Part shown: piece by piece, positions 1 through 7,560 of the stretch | How the letters are laid out: each line of letters begins with the position of its first letter | Position numbering within the stretch: the first letter of the stretch is position 1 | Assembly (NCBI GenBank): GCA_964636545.1 | Contig: CAZWSR010000005.1 | Span: 36,715 to 57,986, forward strand | From: Candidatus Undinarchaeota archaeon | GTDB lineage: Archaea; Undinarchaeota; Undinarchaeia; Undinarchaeales; UBA543 | Direction: 5' to 3' | Length of the DNA: 21,272 nucleotides | Position numbers and translations under genes: made by a program | The notes under the pieces: model-generated | The model's input: only the letters and a program-made list of their open reading frames with translations | Database searches by the model: none | Told to the model about the DNA's origin: nothing

Positions 1-551
1 ATGTCGCTGATATACTGATTTTTGTCAAATTTCTGGTCTGGGGGCACAAATGCATGCTGACCAATCATTACAAAAGAAGTATAGTGGCGACCAGTGATTC
101 CAACATTGTCAATATCATTAAAACGCATACAAACTTGCGGAACCACGAGTGGATTTGCAGGCGGTTCAACAAGACCGGAGACCACGTGCGGTTGGAAATC
201 ATAAATTGATGCATTTGTCCAGTAAGTATCGTCTCGCCATCTGGCGACAACTGGATATCTTTTGATTGGAGTATAACCTAGTTTTTCAAAAAGTTTGGAA
301 AATTCCTGCCATGCTTTAATGAAATCCATTTTTTTACTGCACGGACTGTCACCAATAAAGGTGTACTGACCACTGCATTCTGGATCTCCACACAATTCGG
401 ATTCTCCTTGAACCCAAAAATATTTGCCACAATTCTTACATCTGCTACGCTGAAATCCTTTTTCTTTCAGCTTTTCAACTGGATAATACTTTTCAGGCGC
501 CTTGTCTGTTTTTTGCTTGAGCTGACCCTTAAGTTCCTTGATTGTAGGCAT
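1..551 (-). CDS. alaS: Alanine--tRNA ligase, archaeal type (N-terminal part; runs off the left edge; not in the ORF track)
   Basis: Manual translation from the ATG at 551 gives MPTIKELK...RCKNCGKYFW...LCGDPEC...YTFIG...RYPVVARWRDD...ASIYDFQP...PPANPLVVPQVCMRFNDIDNVGITGRHYTSFVMIGQHAF. These are the archaeal AlaRS N-terminal zinc-binding segment and class II motifs. Confidence 0.97.
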   Translation of the reverse strand, partial: MPTIKELKGQLKQKTDKAPEKYYPVEKLKEKGFQRSRCKNCGKYFWVQGESELCGDPECSGQYTFIGDSPCSKKMDFIKAWQEFSKLFEKLGYTPIKRYPVVARWRDDTYWTNASIYDFQPHVVSGLVEPPANPLVVPQVCMRFNDIDNVGITGRHYTSFVMIGQHAFVPPDQKFDKNQYISD

Positions 552-586
552 AGAATGAGTTATGAATCAGAGGTTAAAAAGCATTA

Positions 587-919
587 CTATTCCTCGTCTT
601 CCTTCTCTTTACCAAGGTATTCATATTTTAAAGCTCCAATAGAGAGTAGATTAGATATAAAAAAAACAAGATTCTCCCAATCCAGTTTCTTAGTCTTTCC
701 CAGAAGACCAGAATTATATTCTTTCTTTAATTTTTGGAACTTCTTTGGAAGAATCAACTTGTCTTTATTTGCTTTTTCCAACAAGAACACTTCAATTGGA
801 TGAGAACCAAGTATTTGTTTGTCAGGAAGATATTTCATTGGCAGATCCTCGATTAATGGGATAGTGGAGGGGGTGGAGTTTAGATAAAAATACTTGGATT
901 CTGAAAAAAATGAATCCAT
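587..919 (-). CDS. Hypothetical protein; probably the C-terminal part of a frameshifted gene together with 822..1751
   Basis: Overlaps 822..1751 by 98 nt in the +1 frame. Ends in ISNLLSIGALKYEYL, which resembles motifs in both upstream ORFs. Confidence 0.55.
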   Translation of the reverse strand: MDSFFSESKYFYLNSTPSTIPLIEDLPMKYLPDKQILGSHPIEVFLLEKANKDKLILPKKFQKLKKEYNSGLLGKTKKLDWENLVFFISNLLSIGALKYEYLGKEKEDEE

Positions 920-1751
920 TTTTAAAGAAAAATGAAAAAAGTTTGCTTACACGAGTTGATGCGGTTCTTGAAGAAAATTCCCGTAATGAAGATAACCGTG
1001 TTCGTATGGTTCTTTGATCTACCTTAAAATGATCAGCAAGCATGCTGACAAACTTAGGAAAATCGCTCTTTTCCATATAGCTTTTCTCAAACTGTTTAAG
1101 ATTTTCATTGATATAAAGAAGAACAGGGGCAGTTGTTACTGACTTGTTTGATTTAGATATTTTTTTAACTTTAGAAATAATCTTAAAATCAAGAAACTTG
1201 TTAATGAGCAGAGAGTTAAGAGCAGATAAATAATCTTCTTGTACACTTGATTTATCAGTAAGTACTGCCAGATAATCTGGAAGAACAATAGAACCTTCAG
1301 AAGACATTAGATAGTAAAGAATTTTTGCTTTGCTTGGAAGGTCTTCAATATCTTTTTTATTATTTTGAAGAGTATATTTAATCTTTAAAAGATTAGTAGT
1401 AGGAATAGCAATTCTCCTTTGTCCATTTATTAAAACAATCCAGGAAATGTACACTTGCATTTCAAATATTTTCTTAAGATTTGCAACAGATTTGTTAGAA
1501 TATCTTTTAAGAAACGGGAGGAGATAAGGGAAACGTCCTTTCGGCTCTGGAAAATAGGAAATAGTGCTAATTAAATTCTTAAATCTGGTAGACACACCTA
1601 GATGAAGTTCATCTACTTTGTTATCACAAGCAAGCTCATAAACAAAATCACACGCTTTCTGTTTCTCCTTGGAATCCTTGCGTTCAAGTATATACCCACA
1701 TAACAATTCAACATCACGAGTAAAATCTTTCTGTGTATAATCCCCATTCAT
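822..1751 (-). CDS. Hypothetical protein with a repeated uncharacterised domain; probably continues into 587..919 via a 1-nt frameshift
   Basis: 309-aa ORF with a TATA-like TTTTTAAT about 23-30 nt upstream. Its motif ALNSLLINKFLDF is shared with the neighbouring ORFs. Confidence 0.7.
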   Translation of the reverse strand: MNGDYTQKDFTRDVELLCGYILERKDSKEKQKACDFVYELACDNKVDELHLGVSTRFKNLISTISYFPEPKGRFPYLLPFLKRYSNKSVANLKKIFEMQVYISWIVLINGQRRIAIPTTNLLKIKYTLQNNKKDIEDLPSKAKILYYLMSSEGSIVLPDYLAVLTDKSSVQEDYLSALNSLLINKFLDFKIISKVKKISKSNKSVTTAPVLLYINENLKQFEKSYMEKSDFPKFVSMLADHFKVDQRTIRTRLSSLREFSSRTASTRVSKLFSFFFKNGFIFFRIQVFLSKLHPLHYPINRGSANEISS

Positions 1752-1789
1752 ACCTATGTATTAGTAATTCATATTAAAAAAGGTTCCTA

Positions 1790-2365
1790 TTAAAGGAATT
1801 CGTAATCAATAAAACCATTAAGAAGCAATCGAGATAAAGCAGTAACTATATCATATTTTGTTATTGTTTTATCAAGATAGAGAGAGGGTGATGCTTTAAA
1901 CAAGTCATCCATATCCTTTGGCATATTGAGCACCTCATGTTCCTTGATAAAATTATATACATTTTGTTGAGTCTCAAAAATGTCATCAGGTAACGTTTTG
2001 GTTGTTACAGTGTAACGAACGGGGATGAACTGAATAGCAAAGATTGTTCTCGCTTCCCCGCGCCGGGTTGCTTGTAATATAAGACGCTGAAGGCGAAATA
2101 GTTCCGTTGGATTGGTTTTTGGAAGTTCCCGTACATATTTACGCGAAGAACGAGGAGTGGAAGATTTAATAGTGATAACATCATTTAGAACACCTCTAAG
2201 AATATGTATGCTCGCATCTTGTTTGTCCTCTTTTAGAAGATCAAGTAAAACCTCTTCGAATTGTTTCCTTTCAAAATTATCATCAATAATACTTTCAAGT
2301 TTATCAAGAGAAGAAATAATAAAATTAAGAACATTCAATGCTTTGTTTTCTTTTTTCTTAGCCAT
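1790..2365 (-). CDS. Hypothetical protein, paralogous to the 587..1751 locus
   Basis: 191-aa ORF starting 6 nt after the corA stop. Ends in ALSRLLLNGFIDYEFL. Confidence 0.8.
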   Translation of the reverse strand: MAKKKENKALNVLNFIISSLDKLESIIDDNFERKQFEEVLLDLLKEDKQDASIHILRGVLNDVITIKSSTPRSSRKYVRELPKTNPTELFRLQRLILQATRRGEARTIFAIQFIPVRYTVTTKTLPDDIFETQQNVYNFIKEHEVLNMPKDMDDLFKASPSLYLDKTITKYDIVTALSRLLLNGFIDYEFL

Positions 2366-2371
2366 AAGTTA

Positions 2372-3304
2372 TCAGAACAGTTCTTTTCTCCAGAATATAA
2401 GCGTTCCGACTAAAGAAATTAGCACAGAAATACCCATTGTAATTGCAAATGCATTTGGAGAATTCTGGAATGGTAAATTAACATTCATTCCATAAATACT
2501 TGCAACCAGGGTCGGAAGCATGAGAATAAGTGTGATGCTAGTGAGTGTTTTCATCACCCTATTAAGGTTATTACTGATAACTGTTTCAAAACCAGTTCGC
2601 ATTGTCGCTAGAATATTTGAATATGTGCTTGTCATCTCAAGTGCCTGTTTAAATTCAATCTGAACATCCTCTAGAAGCTCTTTGTTTTCCTCAAACTTTG
2701 TGAAAATGCGCATGAGATTGAGGCGGTTGATAACATAATTGTTTGTCCGAAGTGATGTGTCAAAATAAACAAGTGATTTTTCAAGTGTAAGTAGTTTAAG
2801 CAAGTCCTCGTTTCGAGTTGAATCTTCAAGTTCACCCTGCAAAATGAATGTTTGGCGATTTATTTGTCGCAATTGGAATAAATACTTGCGAGCAGTTATT
2901 AGGAAAATATTAAGAATGGTTTCAATCTTGTGCTGAGTCTCAATTTTTTGTTTTGCTAACCTGTCTAGCACTTCAGTTTCAAAATAAGAAATTGTAATTA
3001 AGTAATCTTTCATGCGAATTATTCCAAGTGGCCTTGTGGTGTGTATTGTTTCATCACCTTTCTTGGTTGTGTACGGAATTCGCAAAACAATGAACAGCGC
3101 CCCGTTTTCTGTTTCAACACGAGCCTGTTCCTCTGGATCCTTTAGTGATGTTATGAACCCTTCAAACTCATCAAGTTTGCCAGTGAGCTTTTTTAGTTTT
3201 TCAAGATCCAAATCAGTTGGAGACTTTGCATTAATCCAAGTTCCCTTATTGAACTGCTTCTGCTCAGCCAATCCCCCATTTATTGTCTTGAAAATTTCAA
3301 TCAT
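2372..3304 (-). CDS. corA: CorA-family Mg2+/Co2+ transporter
   Basis: Soluble N-domain followed by two C-terminal TM helices with the signature NNLNRVMKTLT...PTLVASIYGMN. Start moved to the ATG at 3304 (MIEIFK), which lies 26 nt from TTTATAAA at 3330-3337. Confidence 0.95.
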   Translation of the reverse strand: MIEIFKTINGGLAEQKQFNKGTWINAKSPTDLDLEKLKKLTGKLDEFEGFITSLKDPEEQARVETENGALFIVLRIPYTTKKGDETIHTTRPLGIIRMKDYLITISYFETEVLDRLAKQKIETQHKIETILNIFLITARKYLFQLRQINRQTFILQGELEDSTRNEDLLKLLTLEKSLVYFDTSLRTNNYVINRLNLMRIFTKFEENKELLEDVQIEFKQALEMTSTYSNILATMRTGFETVISNNLNRVMKTLTSITLILMLPTLVASIYGMNVNLPFQNSPNAFAITMGISVLISLVGTLIFWRKELF

Positions 3305-3387
3305 AACTATGAATCTTAAAGTTAAGTTATTTATAAAGGTAATTGAAAACAAAAATTATCTATACTAAAAGAATGTAGGAAAATACA

Positions 3388-3894
3388 ATGGATTTAGTAA
3401 GTATTTCAGTGCAAATTGTAGGATTAGCAAGTAGGCTAAGAAAACCAGACATAATTCTGATGATCGGAGTTGCGGTTCTGATCCTATTCACTGAATTGTT
3501 GTTTTTCTTTGTTCCGGGCTTGTCATTATCAACACTTTTCATTGCACTTTCCTGTGCAAAGTTTGGATTTGTGCCAAGTTTGATAATTGTGCTTCCGCCA
3601 ATCATAATTGCACACTTTTTGATATTGAAAAACCCTTCAATTGTGATTGGAGACACTGTTGCACTGATAGTAATGCTTTTGTTTGGAGTAAATGCAGGTC
3701 CGTGGATTATTGACACTTTTGGGTGGGGGGTTTATGGTACTCTTTTTGGAATTGTTAAGTGGGGTTCGCTTGTTGCAATGACATTCCTTTATGGTGGAAA
3801 CATGACAAAGCGTGTGCAAAACCTTGCGCTTGAACCGATTTTTAATTTCTTTATTTTCTGGAAACTAAGGATGTTTTTTGGATTTTTATTATAG
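3388..3894 (+). CDS. Integral membrane protein (about 5-6 TM segments); weak resemblance to ECF transporter S-components
   Basis: 168 aa, almost entirely hydrophobic. The segment LSTLFIALSCAKFGFVPSLII is reminiscent of S-components. Function is not established. Confidence 0.7.
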   Translation: MDLVSISVQIVGLASRLRKPDIILMIGVAVLILFTELLFFFVPGLSLSTLFIALSCAKFGFVPSLIIVLPPIIIAHFLILKNPSIVIGDTVALIVMLLFGVNAGPWIIDTFGWGVYGTLFGIVKWGSLVAMTFLYGGNMTKRVQNLALEPIFNFFIFWKLRMFFGFLL

Positions 3895-4016
3895 CTCAAG
3901 CGAACGCACACATGAAAAGCTTAGGAAAGATGTGCGTGAGCAGCCCTGCTTCAGCTTCACAAACCTTTTCGCAGCTGAACGCAGTGCAATTATCCTCCGC
4001 AATTTGGCGGAGTTTT
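3894..4016. ncRNA. Candidate structured RNA or 3'-UTR element of three hairpins; the last is terminator-like
   Basis: GC-richer intergenic segment with stems ACGCACA/TGTGCGT (3904-3910/3931-3937), CTGC-TTCAGCT/AGCTGAA-C-GCAG (3946-3956/3973-3984) and CTCCGC/GCGGAG (3995-4000/4007-4012), followed by TTTT. Confidence 0.4.
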
Positions 4017-4062
4017 GATGTAATACAAAAAGTATTAAGCTGAATTAAAACAAAATAGTATT

Positions 4063-4980
4063 ATGAGATTCTGGAAGAAAAAACGCGTGAAAAAGATAAA
4101 GATTAGAAAACACAAGAAACGAGCCAAAGAAAGAATAAACATACTTTTAATTGGAGAAGAGCACCTATGGGTTAATACAAATTTTAGAAGACCAACGCAT
4201 ATCAAAGAAATAAAGAAATTCAATGCAACTAGAATACTCATAGAAGAGTGCAATACAAAATCAGCTGACCCGTTGTGTAAAGCTATGAATCTAGGTCTTG
4301 ATAACAAGCGAATTCTGAGAAAATTAGTAGAAAATTATTATGAAGAAATAGTTAAAACTGCAATCGAACATTTTGAAAAGAACAAGCAAGAATTCCTAGA
4401 ACGGTACTTTTCAAAAAATGAACGAGCGTGTTTTGAGGACTATATGCAATATTTTAAAAAACACAAGAAATCTGCAATAAAAGAACATGTAAAATACATG
4501 TCAGGATTTTTAGAAAATCTCGCAAAAGAACAGGAAGAACTTGACTTACATTTTATTGATATGAAAAGAAGACATGTTTGGTTTCTCAAAATGTTGTTAG
4601 ATTATTGCAAAACACAAAAGGTGGGTAATAAAAACGCTACAAAAAAACTAAGGAGAAAAGTAGATGAACTTGATGATAAACTTAACAAAAGTATTTCAAA
4701 TAGAGCTAAAGATTATAAGATATTCAAAAACACAGCTGAATTACTTCAAGACAGAACAGTTGTGATACTTGGCCGAGCTCACACTAAGTATTTTTATGAA
4801 AAATTAAAAAAGCTTGATAAATATAAGTACGTTATAGAGCACATATACATTAATGAAAATGGACGAAAAGGTGTAAAACATCCAAATGAAGAAAATATGA
4901 TACAGTGGATTATTAGAAAAGTTAAAAGAAAGAAAACAAATAAAAAAATTATTAAAAAGATAGTGAGAAAGGGTGTTTAA
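4063..4980 (+). CDS. Putative TIKI/TraB/ChaN/EreA-superfamily metal-dependent hydrolase with very basic termini
   Basis: Motifs in the expected order: ILLIGEEH (GExH), ILIEE, HFIDM, TVVILGRAH (GxxH). Confidence 0.6.
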   Translation: MRFWKKKRVKKIKIRKHKKRAKERINILLIGEEHLWVNTNFRRPTHIKEIKKFNATRILIEECNTKSADPLCKAMNLGLDNKRILRKLVENYYEEIVKTAIEHFEKNKQEFLERYFSKNERACFEDYMQYFKKHKKSAIKEHVKYMSGFLENLAKEQEELDLHFIDMKRRHVWFLKMLLDYCKTQKVGNKNATKKLRRKVDELDDKLNKSISNRAKDYKIFKNTAELLQDRTVVILGRAHTKYFYEKLKKLDKYKYVIEHIYINENGRKGVKHPNEENMIQWIIRKVKRKKTNKKIIKKIVRKGV

Positions 4981-5070
4981 GCCCTGACTCTAGATTATTT
5001 TTTGTGTTTGAGTTTCTTCAATATAGTTTTACGTTTTTTCTCCCATTTTCGTTTTCTCTTAGTTTGAAGT

Positions 5071-6072
5071 TTACTCATTTGCTGGTTCAGCTGGCTTTTC
5101 TTCAGCTGGAGCTTCTGCTACAGGAGCTTCTTCTACTGGGGTTTGAGGTTTGGGGTTGGGGGTTTGAGACTCGGGTTTCTTTCCTTCTGCAGATTTTTCT
5201 TCTGCCTCCTGCCCACTGCCCTCTGCCTTTTCTTCAACCTTAACCAACTTCTTCAACTCACCCATTCCAGCTTCTGCTTTTGCCAAAACATCGCCTGCAG
5301 TTGCCTTGCACAAATAATTGATTTCTTTTGCAAGTGCTTTTGCACCATTCCAGCTCTTCTGAACCAAGAATGTAATGTTCTGTGCTGTTGGGAAACCAAT
5401 TCCAATTGACAATTTAAAGCAATCTGAAGCTGCATTTGTCATATCAGCAACAAGCTGTTCTGTATTAATTCCAAGAACATCTGATTTGTAAATAAGACCA
5501 TCTTCAAAAGCTGCCTCAATATCAAGACCAATGTCCATTGGCTCAATGCCCATTCTTGCCATAAGATCTGCTTTTTTCTTGTCAATTTTCTCGCCTTCTT
5601 TTGCAAGAGTTGAATCCACCTTGATAATAACTTTTCCAGATTCAATAGCTGCTTTCACGCCCATGCTTCCAAGTTCTCCAACAATTGGACCTGGGGCGAA
5701 ACTTGTTTCTCCAGCAGGAACAATAATGTCTTTTGGCATTGTTGCACCTGGTTTTGCAGCCGCAGTTGTTCGAGATTCTCGAAGCTTCTTTGCAATAATA
5801 AACGGATTCTTCTTTGTTAGAATAAGCGCTGGCTCACCTTTAAGAACATCGTCAAGGCCAGTTATTCCGGCTTGTTTAAGCGCTAGCTTGATAAGGCGTT
5901 TCCGTGTCATTCTAAGAATAGCCTCGCCTCGGAGCTTGTGCTTAACCTGAAGCAACTGTTTTGATGGAAGTGATTCAAAATTCACAATACCAACAATTGG
6001 GTTTTCCTTGATTTCAGCAACAAGATTTTTTACAGTATCTTGTTTCCATTGTGATACTTCTCCGTGTTTCAT
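5071..6072 (-). CDS. rpl10: 50S ribosomal protein uL10 (P0) with a repeat-derived C-terminal tail
   Basis: WK..V..L, AKPG..MP.DI.VPAG.TSFAPGP..GEL..MG..AAIE.GK..I..D and LM.RMGIEP are archaeal P0 motifs. ATGA overlap with rpl1. Confidence 0.97.
   Translation of the reverse strand: MKHGEVSQWKQDTVKNLVAEIKENPIVGIVNFESLPSKQLLQVKHKLRGEAILRMTRKRLIKLALKQAGITGLDDVLKGEPALILTKKNPFIIAKKLRESRTTAAAKPGATMPKDIIVPAGETSFAPGPIVGELGSMGVKAAIESGKVIIKVDSTLAKEGEKIDKKKADLMARMGIEPMDIGLDIEAAFEDGLIYKSDVLGINTEQLVADMTNAASDCFKLSIGIGFPTAQNITFLVQKSWNGAKALAKEINYLCKATAGDVLAKAEAGMGELKKLVKVEEKAEGSGQEAEEKSAEGKKPESQTPNPKPQTPVEEAPVAEAPAEEKPAEPANE
5138..5228. repeat. Two blocks of 7-bp tandem repeats inside the rpl10 3' end
   Basis: GGTTTGA GGTTTGG GGTTGGG GGTTTGA (5140-5167) and TCTGCCT CCTGCCC ACTGCCC TCTGCCT (5201-5228). 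Confidence 0.85.
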
Positions 6073-6830
6073 TTTTCTTTACCCCCGTCAGCAGTTTTCT
6101 CATCTGGTTCAGCTTTTGGCTCTTGGCTTGTGGCTTTTGGTTTTTCTTCTACTGCCTTCTGCCCACTACCACCTGCCTTCGTTTCAATTCCACCGACTTT
6201 AACACTCTGACCCATTGTGGTTTTAATAAAAATTGACCTGATATTAGTTTCATGTCTTGGAGCTTTTCTTGTAATTGAAGTTACAATTGCATTGATATTT
6301 TCTGTAAGCTGTTCATCGGTCATTTCTTCTGTTCCAACTCTGCAGTGGATAACAGGCTGATTTACAATTCTAACATTAACCAGTTTTTCAAATCTCTTAA
6401 CTAGTGGTTCAACGGGCATATTTGGTGGAACTGGCTGCGGCATCTTGTTCCTTGGACCAAGAACAGCACCAAGTGATTTACCAATGTCTACCATGTAATC
6501 TGTTTGTGCTAGGAAAAAATCATAAGTGTTTGCAAGTTTGCGAACTTCTTTCTTTTTTGAAACAATAAGTTTGAGTGTTGGCCTGTCAATAATCTTTTCA
6601 ATCCCTGCTTTTTTTGCATTTTCAGCAATAACACCATCTGCAAATGCAGCAACTTGAATAGGTTTTCCACGGCCGTGTGGAAGAACAACACTGTCTTTTA
6701 ATTTGTGTGCCGGATTCTTAAGATCAAGATCTCGGAAATTAATAACTAGGTCAAAAGTCTGCTTGAACTTTCGTTCTTTAGACCCTTCTCTAGCCTGTTT
6801 TACAGCATTCAGTATATCTTTTTGATTCAT
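6069..6830 (-). CDS. rpl1: 50S ribosomal protein uL1 with a repeat-derived C-terminal extension
   Basis: RKFKQTFDLVINFRDLDLK, LPHGRGK, LGAVLGPRNKMP, HCRVGTEEM and KTTMG motifs. SD AGGAGG at 6846-6841. Confidence 0.98.
   Translation of the reverse strand: MNQKDILNAVKQAREGSKERKFKQTFDLVINFRDLDLKNPAHKLKDSVVLPHGRGKPIQVAAFADGVIAENAKKAGIEKIIDRPTLKLIVSKKKEVRKLANTYDFFLAQTDYMVDIGKSLGAVLGPRNKMPQPVPPNMPVEPLVKRFEKLVNVRIVNQPVIHCRVGTEEMTDEQLTENINAIVTSITRKAPRHETNIRSIFIKTTMGQSVKVGGIETKAGGSGQKAVEEKPKATSQEPKAEPDEKTADGGKEK
6114..6178. repeat. Two blocks of 7-bp tandem repeats inside the rpl1 3' end
   Basis: TTTTGGC TCTTGGC TTGTGGC TTTTGGT (6114-6141) and ACTGCCT TCTGCCC ACTACCA CCTGCCT (6151-6178). Confidence 0.85.
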
Positions 6831-6840
6831 TGTAAATTAT

Positions 6841-6905
6841 CCTCCTAATCCGAAAAGTTGGATTAGTATTTGGATATCAAAATGATGAGGTTTAGAGTAT
6901 ATAAG
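6841..6905 (-). promoter_or_regulatory. rpl1-rpl10 promoter, 5'-UTR hairpin and SD
   Basis: TATA-like CTTATATA at 6905-6898. A 7-bp stem CTAATCC/GGATTAG (6845-6866) overlaps the start of the AGGAGG SD. Confidence 0.6.
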
Positions 6906-6931
6906 TTTAACTAAGCCAACGAAATTGGTTC

Positions 6932-6998
6932 AGGCACTGGGTAGTGGGCACTAGGCAGTGGAACAGACCTACTACCCAGTGCCTACTCCCTACTGCCT
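6932..6998. repeat. Inverted arrangement of 4+4 heptamer repeats (hairpin-forming)
   Basis: AGGCACT GGGTAGT GGGCACT AGGCAGT, an 11-nt spacer, then ACTACCC AGTGCCT ACTCCCT ACTGCCT. Confidence 0.9.
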
Positions 6999-7014
6999 TA
7001 ATAAATAAAATAAA

Positions 7015-7410
7015 TTACACACTCTCAATAACCCTATCTCCCAATGCCTCTTTTGCTTTTGCAAAATCTTCCCTTTTCACAGTCATTGCAAACAACCCCT
7101 TGTCTAAAAGATAAAATGATTTGATATTGATTTTTGCTTCTGAAATTGTATTGGTGAGTTGCGCTATATTTTCAGGGGAATCAATTACATCAAGCACAAG
7201 AACAGCAGATTCAGTATAAGTAAAACCAGCAGCATCCAAAGCAAGTTTTGCTTCAACATCATTTCCAGTTATTAATTTAATAAAACCATCTGTTGAACTA
7301 ATTGCTTCAGTAGAAATTGCTCTAATCCGAACATTTTTCTCAGCCAATGCCTCGCAAACACTTGAAAGAGCACCAGATTCATTAGTAACTTTTACTTTGA
7401 ATTGTTTCAT
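7015..7410 (-). CDS. Tandem ACT-domain (amino-acid-binding) protein
   Basis: Two ACT repeats: V.VTNESGALSSVCEALAEKNVRIRAI and LDVIDSPENIAQLTNTISEAKINIKSFY. SD GGGGAG and TATA-like TTTATTAA upstream. Confidence 0.85.
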   Translation of the reverse strand: MKQFKVKVTNESGALSSVCEALAEKNVRIRAISTEAISSTDGFIKLITGNDVEAKLALDAAGFTYTESAVLVLDVIDSPENIAQLTNTISEAKINIKSFYLLDKGLFAMTVKREDFAKAKEALGDRVIESV

Positions 7411-7460
7411 TTCTCTCCCCTAATTGGTTTTGGTTAAATGAGTTAATAAAGGTTTTGAAA

Positions 7461-7540
7461 AGGACTTCAAGACCTCAAAAAAACTTGAAAACAACTCAAA
7501 CAGAACAGCAACTCAAGAAGTCTTGAAAGCTTGAAGTCCT
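7461..7540. repeat. 80-bp element with perfect 11-bp terminal inverted repeats and internal degenerate 8-9-bp periodic units
   Basis: AGGACTTCAAG (7461-7471) and CTTGAAGTCCT (7530-7540), with internal CTCAA/CTTGA units. Confidence 0.65.
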
Positions 7541-7560
7541 AACAAATTTAACCAGAATTA

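Noticed and set aside
3894-4016. H/ACA guide, SECIS or hammerhead ribozyme
   Set aside because: There is no ACA box after the hairpins, no clear K-turn, no CUGANGA core, and no in-frame UGA selenoprotein nearby.
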